Positions 1 through 8,469 of a stretch of 20,926 nt of DNA are shown one piece after another (the stretch's first letter is position 1; the number at the start of each line of letters is the position of its first letter). The stretch lies in NCBI GenBank assembly GCA_964010765.1, contig CAXGMD010000062.1, positions 1 to 20,926 on the forward strand, written 5' to 3'. Under the pieces are notes generated by a model that was not told where the DNA came from, did no database searches, and saw only the letters and a program-made list of their open reading frames with translations. The stretch is from an uncultured bacterium. Lineage in GTDB: Bacteria; SAR324; NAC60-12. The position numbers and the translations under genes were made by a program.

Positions 1-962
1 GCCTGTAGTTTAAGCAGGGAACTGACGTGCTGAAGGGCGGGTGCCTGAATACCCAAGTGCTCAGCAAGCTCAAGGACGACCGTTACTAAAGGATCAATTT
101 CGAGTGGACGTCCTGCTTCAATATCTTGGCGAGTAGATGGTTTGTGACCAATGATGCTGGTTGCCCCATTGATTCTCTTATCAATGGAAACATTGAATCG
201 GGCTCCTACTGCTTCACCGATTCTTTGGACTTCGGTCATAATTTCACGGACCAAGGCAGCAGACCCCGAATCATTTCCAATCTGGTCAAGAGTCGCACCC
301 GTGAGGGCCGATACTGGATTGAAGGAACAATTTCCCCAAAGTTTGATCCAGATTTCATCACGAATTTTTGTTTTTTGTGGTGCTTTCAGACCACCAGAGA
401 TCATCAAGGCAGAAAGGTGCTTCACTCGATCTGAAGGTTCTGAGGAGGGCTCTCCAAGAGTGAAGCGGTCGCCATCCAAGTGACGTATCAAGCCTGGCTC
501 AGCAATTTCACAAGCAGGGTAGACCACACATCCAATCGCCCGTTCAGGCCCAATCGTTTCCCAAATCACTCCTCCAGGATCGACCGATTGAAGAGGCTGA
601 TCATCCAGTGAAGTTCGGCTTGCAGCCTTGTGAAAGTACCACCAAGGCAGGCCGTTGACTGCAGAAACTACTGCTGTTTCGGGTCCAAGCAGAGGAATGA
701 GATTTTGAGCAATTTTGGGGATACCATGAGCTTTGACCGTTATAATGACAAAGTCTTGAGGGCCAAATTCATTTGGATTTTCACTAGCGGGAAGATGGTG
801 TGTAGAAATTTGCCCATCTTTTTCGAATCGCAACCCTTTTTCTTGGATTGCCTTCAGATGAGGTCCTCGGGCTACTAGAGATACTTCAGCACCTGCTTGG
901 TCAAGAGCTGAAGCGAGATAACCTCCAATTGCACCTGCGCCATAAATACAGATTTTGGTCAT
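1..962 (-). CDS. Ketopantoate reductase (2-dehydropantoate 2-reductase, ApbA/PanE) family NAD(P)H oxidoreductase, 3' end beyond the window edge; candidate oxalyl-CoA reductase
   Basis: Not in the ORF track. Translated by hand from ATG at 962: MTKICIYGAGAIGGYLASALDQAGAEVSLVARGPHLKAIQEKG (Rossmann GxGxxG). It also contains NGLPWWYFH, EIWIKLWGNCSFNPVSALT and HKPSTRQDIEAGRPLEID, and remains open to the left edge (...HVSSLLKLQ), about 320 codons. Confidence 0.9.
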   Translation of the reverse strand, partial: MTKICIYGAGAIGGYLASALDQAGAEVSLVARGPHLKAIQEKGLRFEKDGQISTHHLPASENPNEFGPQDFVIITVKAHGIPKIAQNLIPLLGPETAVVSAVNGLPWWYFHKAASRTSLDDQPLQSVDPGGVIWETIGPERAIGCVVYPACEIAEPGLIRHLDGDRFTLGEPSSEPSDRVKHLSALMISGGLKAPQKTKIRDEIWIKLWGNCSFNPVSALTGATLDQIGNDSGSAALVREIMTEVQRIGEAVGARFNVSIDKRINGATSIIGHKPSTRQDIEAGRPLEIDPLVTVVLELAEHLGIQAPALQHVSSLLKLQ

Positions 963-986
963 TATAATTTTCCCATGACCTTCAAA

Positions 987-2486
987 TTAGTCTTCCAATC
1001 CAAGTTTTTTTGCGAGGCCAATGCGCTGTAGTTTGCCGGTTGCGCCCTTCGGAATTTCATCCACAAAGACGATGTGTTTTGGGATTTTAAATTTTGCTAA
1101 GTGCTCTCCGGCGTATTTGCGTAACTGTCCAGCATCCATTGATTTTCCATCAACCATGACGATAGCAGCACCAATTTCCTCTCCCAACATTTTATCGGCA
1201 ACAGCAAAGGTCACTACTTGCTGGATATCTGGGTGCTCCATCAAGACATTGTCAACTTCCAATGGAGAGATCTTTTCACCCCCTCTGTTGATGATTTCTT
1301 TCAAACGGCCTGTAATCTTCAAATAGCCATCTTGGTCAAACAAACCCTGGTCACCGGTTCGGAACCATCCATTCGTAAAGCTGGAGGCGTTTGCAGCGTC
1401 ATTGTTTTCATAGCCCGGAGTGACGTTCTCACCTAGAATGCAGACCTCTCCTTCTTCACCAGCTGAGAGTTGATTGCCTAATGAATCCATGATGCATACT
1501 TCTGGAGAGGTTACTATTCCTACGGAACCGGCTTTCTGTTTTCCCAACTCCAGTGGGTTTGAAGTCATTTGATGAGCAGCTTCCGTCATTCCATAAGCCT
1601 CAATGACAGGACAGCCAAAGACATCATTCAATTCACCGAAGACGGCAGGAGGCAATGATGCTGAAGAAGACCGCAGGAAGCGTAACCCTAAGGCCCTTGC
1701 AGCTTCAGGTTGTTTTTGCGCTCTGAGTAAAATGGTTTGGTGCATCGTGGGTACACCTGAATACCACGAGATTTTTTCTTCCTTGGCTAGTTCAAGAAAT
1801 TTCATGGCATTGAAGCCAGTGGAACAGCAAACAGAAGCACCTTGAGACATGCTTGTAGCCAATACGGCAATCAGACCATGAATATGAAACAGGGGCATAA
1901 TATTCAGGCAATGGTCTGTAGCTTTTAATTCCAGACTCGCAGAGATATTTCTTGTGGATGCCAGGATGTTTCTTTGGAGCAAGGGGACAACTTTGGGTCG
2001 CGAGGTAGTCCCAGATGTGTGAAGAACGAGCGCTTCGTGATCAAGAGTAGATGGATGAATCTCTGCTTCTGATTGGAAGAGCTCAAACGCTCCAGCTGGA
2101 CTGCCGGAGTGAACCTTTGCTTCCACAACGGGAATTGAGAGATCCGCAGCCGCAGCCCTAACAGGATTTGTGCTGTTTTGCTCGACGATCACTAGGCCGG
2201 GTTTCAGGTCTTCGAGATAAAATGCGTATTCACTCTGTTTGTAAGATGGATTTAAAGGTGCGGCGGACATGTAGCTGGCAACGGCTAGGAATGCTGAAGC
2301 CATTTCGGGCCCATTGGGGAGGGCAATTGCTACTCTATCAGAATTAGAGAGGCCTTGTGAGGCTAGTTCTCTTCCAATTTTGTCACAGTGGCTTCGTAAG
2401 GCCTGATAACTTAGTGATGGTCGATTTGGTGCACTCAGAGCAATTGCTTCAGCGCCACCTGCATCGATGATTGATCTAATCGTCAC
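987..2486 (-). CDS. Acyl-CoA synthetase (ANL superfamily), oxalate--CoA ligase-like (AAE3/Pcs60 type)
   Basis: AMP-binding motif LHTSGTTSRPK, plus PLFHIHGL, WYSGVPTMHQ, EAYGMTEAAHQMTSNPL, WFRTGD, NRGGEKISP and KGATGKLQR. These closely resemble the oxalate--CoA ligase subgroup as I recall it. GTG start with AGGA upstream. Confidence 0.88.
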   Translation of the reverse strand: MTIRSIIDAGGAEAIALSAPNRPSLSYQALRSHCDKIGRELASQGLSNSDRVAIALPNGPEMASAFLAVASYMSAAPLNPSYKQSEYAFYLEDLKPGLVIVEQNSTNPVRAAAADLSIPVVEAKVHSGSPAGAFELFQSEAEIHPSTLDHEALVLHTSGTTSRPKVVPLLQRNILASTRNISASLELKATDHCLNIMPLFHIHGLIAVLATSMSQGASVCCSTGFNAMKFLELAKEEKISWYSGVPTMHQTILLRAQKQPEAARALGLRFLRSSSASLPPAVFGELNDVFGCPVIEAYGMTEAAHQMTSNPLELGKQKAGSVGIVTSPEVCIMDSLGNQLSAGEEGEVCILGENVTPGYENNDAANASSFTNGWFRTGDQGLFDQDGYLKITGRLKEIINRGGEKISPLEVDNVLMEHPDIQQVVTFAVADKMLGEEIGAAIVMVDGKSMDAGQLRKYAGEHLAKFKIPKHIVFVDEIPKGATGKLQRIGLAKKLGLED

Positions 2487-2529
2487 GGTTCTGTCCTTCT
2501 TTCAACTACTTGTTTTTCCTAGTGTTGTT

Positions 2530-3216
2530 TTAAATGACTTTTATGGTCATAGTGCCGAGGTGTTCAATTTCACACTCCATTTTATCACCTCGTTGAATGG
2601 GTCCGACACCCGCAGGAGTACCCGACATGATCAAATCTCCCCCTGCGATATCATAAAATCTTGAGAGGTATGCGATCATTTCCGGTACTTTCCAAATCAT
2701 TTGATTTAGATCACCATCCTGCTTGATCTCACCATTGACCTTAAGGCAGATCCGACCTTGATCCAAGTGTCCGGTTTCACTTACGGGAACCAGCTCGCTC
2801 ATCGGGGCAGATTTTTCAAAGGATTTTCCGACCTCCCAAGGTCTGCCTAGTTTTTTGGCTTCCCCTTGCAGGTCGCGCCGAGTCATATCTAACCCTAGTC
2901 CGTACCCGTAAACATGCTCGAGTGCGTTATCCAGGCTAATTTCAGCACCCCCACTCTTCAGAGCTACCACCAGCTCCATTTCATGATGCACATCACTAGT
3001 TTGTGGTGGATAGGGAAATGTCCCTGAAGTGTCTACGTTTTGGGCATTCTTCTGGAAAAAAAAAGGCGGTTCCTTGTTGGGGTCATGACCCATCTCAATT
3101 GCATGATCGGCATAGTTGCGGCCAATGCAATAAATCCTGCGAACAGGAAATGACTCATTGGAACCGCGAATGGGTAGGCAAACTTGTGGGGCGGGATCAA
3201 TTACAAACTTTGTCAT
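2530..3216 (-). CDS. Fumarylacetoacetate (FAH) hydrolase family protein (FAHD1/YcgM/NagK-like acylpyruvate hydrolase)
   Basis: Motifs RRIYCIGRNYADH, PPFFFQK, HHEMEL, DMTRRDLQ, GKSF and GDLIMSGTPAGVG. Confidence 0.93.
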   Translation of the reverse strand: MTKFVIDPAPQVCLPIRGSNESFPVRRIYCIGRNYADHAIEMGHDPNKEPPFFFQKNAQNVDTSGTFPYPPQTSDVHHEMELVVALKSGGAEISLDNALEHVYGYGLGLDMTRRDLQGEAKKLGRPWEVGKSFEKSAPMSELVPVSETGHLDQGRICLKVNGEIKQDGDLNQMIWKVPEMIAYLSRFYDIAGGDLIMSGTPAGVGPIQRGDKMECEIEHLGTMTIKVI

Positions 3217-3258
3217 TGTCAGATTTCCTTCATTTGATGAGAAATGTGCGAACCCGAG

Positions 3259-4017
3259 TCAGGCAGCACGTCGTGAAGCATAGTATGAAACTCGCTTTTC
3301 CAAGTAAGCGAGGATTTCAGCGAGGATGAAAGCAAGGGAGAAGAGGACAATCAAAACAGCCCAAAAATGCTTCATCAAAAAGTTCGATGAGTAAAGCTCG
3401 AAGAGTGCACCAAAGCCGACGATTGAGATCAAAAGTTGTCCAATGATCACCCCCTTGACCGCACGAATAAATCCAATCCGAACTCCTCCCAAAATTTCTG
3501 GAAGAGCTGCCCAGAAATAAATTTTGAAAAAAGCATCCTTTGGAGTGGCTCCGAACGAATGTGCCATCTCGACTAACGAGCGATTGATTTGCATCACACC
3601 GGCTCGAGCATTCAGAACGATGATCCAAATCGCAAAAAGTGCTGTGGTGATCACGATCGCTTGCAATCCAAAGCCGAAGAGGACCATCAAGACGGGAACG
3701 AGTGCTGTCAAAGGAGCACTCAAAAATATATTTACCCAAGGAAGCAGCAGTTCATCCACCAGGCGGTTTTTACCCATCAGGATTCCCAAGGGAATGCCAA
3801 TTACAATCGCAGACACTGTTCCAAGCAGAAATGCATAGCCGGTCTCTGACAAGGCTGTTAAAAAAACTTTGGTTGTGCTGATTTCCAGCAGGGTTACGAA
3901 AATGTCCGATAGCGCTGGGATGAAAAATGTGACTTCTAACCTGCCGACAATTTCCCAAAGCAGTCCCCATAAGATTAGAGAAGACATCTGGGGTAATTCA
4001 TATCCAAAAAGCTTCAT
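3259..4017 (-). CDS. ABC transporter permease, NitT/TauT (SsuC/TauC-like) family
   Basis: Multiple hydrophobic segments and an EAA-type loop (LVEMAHSFGAT). Lies 7 nt downstream of the ATPase gene. Confidence 0.9.
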   Translation of the reverse strand: MKLFGYELPQMSSLILWGLLWEIVGRLEVTFFIPALSDIFVTLLEISTTKVFLTALSETGYAFLLGTVSAIVIGIPLGILMGKNRLVDELLLPWVNIFLSAPLTALVPVLMVLFGFGLQAIVITTALFAIWIIVLNARAGVMQINRSLVEMAHSFGATPKDAFFKIYFWAALPEILGGVRIGFIRAVKGVIIGQLLISIVGFGALFELYSSNFLMKHFWAVLIVLFSLAFILAEILAYLEKRVSYYASRRAA

Positions 4018-4024
4018 CTGATTC

Positions 4025-4801
4025 TCATTCCACGTAAGTTCTTAGGGAAGCCCAGATTTTATCGACAATGTCCAAATACTCGGCATCCCTGCGGATGCTA
4101 TCCTTGTCTTTATTCCGAAAACCAGTTGGTCTGATGATCTCTGAAACACGGCTGGGGCGAGGTAGTAGGATTGCTATTTGGTCAGAAACATAGACAGCTT
4201 CTTCAATAGAGTGGGTCACAAACAAGAAGGTTTTGTTTTCGTTTTGAACCAAGCTCAACAGATCTTCCTGGAACTTTCTTCTGGTCTGTTCGTCAACGGC
4301 GGAGAATGGTTCGTCCATTAGCAAGACTTGAGCATCTACACTGAGTGCCCTTGCGAGTCCAACCCGCTGACGCATACCCCCTGAAAGCTCATGTGGATAG
4401 CTTTGTTCAAAACCACTTAACCCTACGTCCTTGATGTACTTTACAGCTATCTCCTCTCTCTGAGGTTTGGGAACTCCTCTTAGTTCCAGCCCAAAAGCCA
4501 CGTTGCGCAAAACTGTGGCCCATGGTAGCAAGGCAAAATCTTGAAAGACAAAGGCTCGATCAGGTCCTGGGCCAGTCACAGGCTTGCCATTTACCAAAAC
4601 CTCACCACTGGTCGCTGGAATTAGACCAGCGATGATCTTTAGCAACGTTGTTTTGCCACAACCGGAAGGACCCAGAAGAGAGGTGAGTTGTCCTTTCGGG
4701 AACTGTAGGGTCAGATCACGAAGTGCTTCAACATCTCCATAATTTTTAAAAACATTCCTTACCTCTACGGCATTTTCAGAGATCTGCTTCGTCTCACTCA
4801 T
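4025..4801 (-). CDS. ABC transporter ATP-binding protein, NitT/TauT (SsuB/TauB-like) family
   Basis: Walker A GPSGCGKT, Q-loop FVFQD, signature LSGGMRQR, Walker B LLMDEPF and H-loop VTH. Confidence 0.95.
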   Translation of the reverse strand: MSETKQISENAVEVRNVFKNYGDVEALRDLTLQFPKGQLTSLLGPSGCGKTTLLKIIAGLIPATSGEVLVNGKPVTGPGPDRAFVFQDFALLPWATVLRNVAFGLELRGVPKPQREEIAVKYIKDVGLSGFEQSYPHELSGGMRQRVGLARALSVDAQVLLMDEPFSAVDEQTRRKFQEDLLSLVQNENKTFLFVTHSIEEAVYVSDQIAILLPRPSRVSEIIRPTGFRNKDKDSIRRDAEYLDIVDKIWASLRTYVE

Positions 4802-4818
4802 TTAATTGACTCCATGGT

Positions 4819-5580
4819 TCATTCCGAAGCATAGCCTCTATTGAGGCCTCCGAATAAGATACGTTCCAACTTTTCAAGCAGGTTCAGAAAAACAACTGCC
4901 AGAACGATGATTGAGAAGATTGCAGCGTACATACTTGGGTAATCTGCAATCGAGCGACTGTAGGTGATGATGTCACCGACTCCGGTCGGAGTAATCTTTA
5001 ATTCTGCGAGAATAGCTCCAATGAATCCAGCGGAGATGCCAAGCCGAAGGCCAGCAAAAATAACTGGTGATGCGGCGGGAAGAACAATCTTCAAAACAAT
5101 ATCGCTTCGGGTTCCCAGAAAGGACAACCCCATTTCCTTTATCGAAGCAGGGGTATTGCGCACAGCACCACCTGTATTAAGGGCGATGACCGGCATTGCC
5201 ATGATGCATACAACAAATACCTTTGAAGTCAGCCCAATCCCGTAAGCCATTACCAATAACGGGATTAGCGCAGCAAGGGGAGCAGTCTGCATCACCACAA
5301 AAATGGGTGAGACAAGCCAATCAAGCTTACGATTAAGCCCAATGAAAAGCCCGATTCCAATTCCAAGGAAGCCTGAAATCAGAATGCCAACGACTAGAGG
5401 TCTTAAGGTTTCTCCATAAGCAGTAAACAGAGTCCCATCCCAGATCAATATTGACAGCGCTGTCATGGATTCCAGGAAGGTTGGAAAGGCAAAGCTAACT
5501 GGAATCCTACCAGCAACTTCCCAGGCTCCAAAAACAAAAAATGCGGATAACAATTTCAGCAGATTCGATCTACTCAACAT
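4819..5580 (-). CDS. ABC transporter permease, NitT/TauT family
   Basis: Hydrophobic helices, EAA-type loop IKEMGLSFLG, and IFAGLRLG. The in-frame ATG at 5580 (MLSRSN) is preferred to the TTG at 5607; the start is uncertain. Confidence 0.88.
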   Translation of the reverse strand: MLSRSNLLKLLSAFFVFGAWEVAGRIPVSFAFPTFLESMTALSILIWDGTLFTAYGETLRPLVVGILISGFLGIGIGLFIGLNRKLDWLVSPIFVVMQTAPLAALIPLLVMAYGIGLTSKVFVVCIMAMPVIALNTGGAVRNTPASIKEMGLSFLGTRSDIVLKIVLPAASPVIFAGLRLGISAGFIGAILAELKITPTGVGDIITYSRSIADYPSMYAAIFSIIVLAVVFLNLLEKLERILFGGLNRGYASE

Positions 5581-5660
5581 GAAGCTTTCATTCAGAAATA
5601 GATTCAAAGTTTCTGTTGGTGTGCTGTTTCATTTTGACTGAACAATATTCGAAGATTTTG

Positions 5661-5688
5661 AGGCCGCTGCCAAAGGAGACAGCGGCTT
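5661..5688 (-). other. Intercistronic GC-rich stem-loop after the substrate-binding protein gene (mRNA stabiliser or partial terminator)
   Basis: The minus-strand RNA reads GCCGCUGUC-UCCUUU-GGCAGCGGC, a 9-bp stem including one G-U pair, about 10 nt after the stop codon. No U-tract follows on the minus strand. Confidence 0.6.
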
Positions 5689-5697
5689 TGAAAGAGG

Positions 5698-6672
5698 TTA
5701 CTTAGCGGCTTTGTTCAGGGGTTCCATGTACCAGAAATCATTGATGTTCAATGAAGCTGCATCGCCCTGGAGTTGGCCTGCTTTGGAATACCATTCCATA
5801 TCGGCCTTGGCGGCCTTCATTCCACCACCGTTGGCATCATAGAGTCCACCCGCAACAGCATCCGTGTAAAATTGATCCAAATTGCCAAGCACCTCTTTTG
5901 GTAATTGCCCGATCGGTCCATCAGGATTGGTCTCACGACTAATGATGGTTGGATCCTTCATCATGTCTTGGTAAACGCTGACAAGGGCACCCACAAAGAT
6001 GTCAACATCCTTGCTGTTGGCTTTGATCCAATTGAGATTTGCAAAGAGGGCTTCATCGCTTGCATCAACTTCAAACATTGGTAACACATTGAAATTGTTT
6101 CCATGAAGCTTCACTAATTTATTCTTATTGGACAAGTCCACAATGGTTGCGTCAGTTTGCCCAGCAATTAGCGCTGCAATCCGATTAGCTGAACCCGGAA
6201 CATAAGAACGCTTGCCGAACTTCATGTTGAGACGATCCTCGATCACGTTGGCAATGGACTCCGTACCTCCACCCCGTGAATGGAGCATAATGGGCTCACC
6301 ATTCAAATCCTCGAGTTTTGAATATTTTTTGGAGGTGACAGGAAAGAACTTTAGCTTGGACAATTGAAAGATGATTCGGACTGGAGCCTTGGATCGCTGC
6401 ATCACAGAGTATGGGGTTCCAAATCCAATGTCCATTTGACCACTGAGGATCGCTTGAATTGCCAATTCCTCATCAGAAAAGGCCGTCCATTCGTAGTCCA
6501 GACCGTTTTTCTGGGCTCGATCTAGAGCTACAAAGAAGGCAGCCAATTCATCTGATGGTGTTTCGGCTAGCGCAATCCGAATCTTATTGGCCTGAGCTGG
6601 GCCTGCAAAAACAATCAACATGGCCAGCAGCGTACCGAGAATCACGCCGATGGTACTTTTCGTTACTCGCAT
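5698..6672 (-). CDS. ABC transporter periplasmic substrate-binding protein, NitT/TauT (NMT1/SsuA-like, PBP2 fold)
   Basis: ATG at 6672 is preceded by a strong RBS, AGGAGGAGG (6677-6685). It begins with a Sec signal peptide, MRVTKSTIGVILGTLLAMLIVFAGPAQA, and has family-like segments QAILSGQMDIG and RIAALIAGQTDAT. It is the first gene of the ABC operon. Confidence 0.88.
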   Translation of the reverse strand: MRVTKSTIGVILGTLLAMLIVFAGPAQANKIRIALAETPSDELAAFFVALDRAQKNGLDYEWTAFSDEELAIQAILSGQMDIGFGTPYSVMQRSKAPVRIIFQLSKLKFFPVTSKKYSKLEDLNGEPIMLHSRGGGTESIANVIEDRLNMKFGKRSYVPGSANRIAALIAGQTDATIVDLSNKNKLVKLHGNNFNVLPMFEVDASDEALFANLNWIKANSKDVDIFVGALVSVYQDMMKDPTIISRETNPDGPIGQLPKEVLGNLDQFYTDAVAGGLYDANGGGMKAAKADMEWYSKAGQLQGDAASLNINDFWYMEPLNKAAK

Positions 6673-6810
6673 AATTCCTCCTCCTGTTTTGAACAAAAGC
6701 AAAGAGGCCAACCACCAATTCAGGTTGACTCAAAAATTTTCCGGCCGAGCGAAACACAATAGATGAACGTTCGACTTAAACCACCGGCAAAACTTTTTTC
6801 ATGATTGATC

Positions 6811-6854
6811 TGATTGGTCAAACTCTTTTTATAGATTGGTTAAAGATTGGTTAA
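6811..6854. promoter_or_regulatory. Putative operator for the adjacent GntR/FadR regulator: three 11-bp direct repeats
   Basis: TGATTGGTCAA (6811-6821), AGATTGGTTAA (6833-6843) and AGATTGGTTAA (6844-6854) lie in the divergent intergenic region. ATTGGT resembles FadR-subfamily half-sites. Confidence 0.55.
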
Positions 6855-6926
6855 AATATTGACGGCAGACTTTGAACTGTGCAATAACGTCTTTCATTAA
6901 TTTTTCTCAATCATACAGGAGAATCT

Positions 6927-7607
6927 TTGACGTCTGCAGATGGAGCTCTCATTCAATTGAAGGCCTGGTTATCCCAGAGCAATTTGCCAAAGGACGGTAG
7001 ATTGCCTCCTGAGAGAGAGTTTGCTGACCTGCTGGGTGTGTCCAGAGGGGATCTTCGCAAAGCGCTCGCGACTCTTGAAAAAAATGGAGAACTGTGGCGA
7101 AGAGTTGGTAAGGGAACTTTTTTTGGTGCGAAACCAATCGATGAATTATCTGTTGTTGGTCGGGTTGCTGAACAATCTAACCCAATGGAGGTGATGAGTG
7201 CGAGAATATTGATCGAACCCTTGCTCGCTCGACAGGCCGCAATCAATGCGACAGGTTATCATATTGATGACTTGGAGCGCTGCCTGGTTGCACAACGGCA
7301 GGCTGTGACTTGGCGTCAATACGAAAATGCGGACAATCGCCTGCATCGCACCATTGCAGAGGCTTCTCGAAATACGGTTTTGTTGGCACTTTTCGATCAA
7401 TTGAATGCAATCCGGCGTGCTGTGGTTTGGGGACGACTCAGAAGTCAAATATCTGTCCCACCGAACGATCATCATAGTTTTGCACAACACGATGCGATAG
7501 TTCGAGCAATCCGCGAACGAGATCAAGATAATGCTGCCGCAATCATGAAAACGCATCTTGAGGAGGTTAGAGATGGCTTGATCAGGGCAAAACCAAATGC
7601 AGTGTAA
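6927..7607 (+). CDS. GntR family (FadR subfamily, FCD domain) transcriptional regulator
   Basis: N-terminal wHTH RLPPEREFADLLGVSRGDLRKALATLEKNGELWRRVGKGTF. FCD domain with DNRLHRTIAEASRN, QHDAIVRAI and MKTHL. TTG start with AGGAG RBS upstream. Confidence 0.93.
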   Translation: MTSADGALIQLKAWLSQSNLPKDGRLPPEREFADLLGVSRGDLRKALATLEKNGELWRRVGKGTFFGAKPIDELSVVGRVAEQSNPMEVMSARILIEPLLARQAAINATGYHIDDLERCLVAQRQAVTWRQYENADNRLHRTIAEASRNTVLLALFDQLNAIRRAVVWGRLRSQISVPPNDHHSFAQHDAIVRAIRERDQDNAAAIMKTHLEEVRDGLIRAKPNAV

Positions 7608-7677
7608 AGTTCATCTGAGGCGAATCAACAAGGGAAGTTTTCCGAGGAATCAAATAAACAATTAGGAATGAATTTCA

Positions 7678-8289
7678 ATGAATGAAGAAAAGCCGACTTT
7701 GGAAGTCTTCAGCGATTTTGTCTGACCTTGGTGTTATCTTGTCACCGGGCGTGTCAAAAGGTTAGAGGAAAAATTCAAATTGTCGATCAAGTGGGTTCAG
7801 TTTCCATTACATCCTGAAACCCCAAAAGAAGGTCTATCTTTAGAAGAACTATTTGCAGGCAGAGATTTGGACATCCCAGCCATTCAGGGGCATCTGAGAA
7901 AGTTGATGCGCTTGGAGGAGTTGCCCTATGGAAATCGAACACATACCTACAACAGTCGATTAGCTCAGGAACTATCTAAATGGGGGGAAAGATTTTCAGC
8001 AGGTACCATCCTCAATCAGAAGATATTTGAAGCGTATTTTGTTGATGGCAAAAACCTAGCTAATCAAAACCTGTTAGTAAATCTTGCTGGGGAAGCTGGG
8101 CTGTCAACTCAAGAAGCCGCGGAAGTCATTGAAAATCGTTCTTACAGAGAAGCGGTTGACCTTGATTGGGTGAGATCGAGGCAAATCGGAATTTCTGGTG
8201 TGCCTACGTTCGTGATGGGACAGTTTGGAATTTCAGGAGCCCAACCCTATGAGATGCTTGAGCGCTTCGTTGTTGAAAATACCGTCTAA
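7678..8289 (+). CDS. DsbA/FrnE-family thiol-disulfide oxidoreductase, probable selenoprotein (UxxC; TGA at 7723-7725 read as Sec16)
   Basis: ATG 7678 (AGGA at 7664-7667) reads MNEEKPTLEVFSDFV-TGA-PWCYLVTGRVKRLEEKFKL, in frame with ORF 7780..8289. TGA occupies the first Cys of the family motif (SDxxCPWCY). The C-terminal GISGVPTF (cis-Pro loop) and ISGAQPYE are intact. Confidence 0.88.
7726..7761 (+). other. Candidate bacterial SECIS element immediately 3' of the in-frame UGA
   Basis: Upper hairpin UUG-U-CAC [loop CGGGC, 7746-7750] GUG-U-CAA. The loop begins 20 nt after the UGA and has G in its second position. A possible lower pairing is CCUU (7726-7729) with AAGG (7758-7761). Folded by eye only. 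Confidence 0.55.
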
Positions 8290-8469
8290 ATCTTTCATCC
8301 TTCACTCCAAAAGAAGGGTCTTTTTTTAGATCCAATCCAAGTTTGTAAGCCATTCCACTTCATCTGGATAAACCGCTTCCAGAATCTCTTCCGTTTTGAC
8401 AATCTGATAAAATGTAATACGTCAGGAAAAAATAGTTGTAATGTTTCAATAATGTTGTAGAAATTTACA

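Noticed and set aside
126..878. Plus-strand ORFs 126..434, 151..483 and 630..878
   Set aside because: They are antisense shadows of the minus-strand ketopantoate-reductase-family gene and show no recognisable motifs.
5588..5632. 14-codon minus-strand mini-ORF (MKQHTNRNFESISE) between the SBP hairpin and the permease gene
   Set aside because: It has no clear RBS and no informative codon pattern, and its length is within chance expectation.
1021..7556. Many short overlapping ORFs inside the ligase, FAH, ABC and GntR genes
   Set aside because: They overlap well-supported genes, either antisense or out of frame, and have no family motifs.
7780..8289. ORF-track version of the DsbA-like gene (169 aa from TTG), or a pseudogene interpretation
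   Set aside because: It lacks the catalytic motif. The upstream in-frame extension with an RBS, a single TGA at the catalytic Cys and a SECIS-like hairpin explains the sequence better. A pseudogene cannot be fully excluded without the sel genes.
8305..8330. Possible intrinsic terminator after the DsbA-like gene (AAAAGA-AGGG-TCTTTT plus T run)
   Set aside because: The stem is almost entirely A-U and too weak to call.
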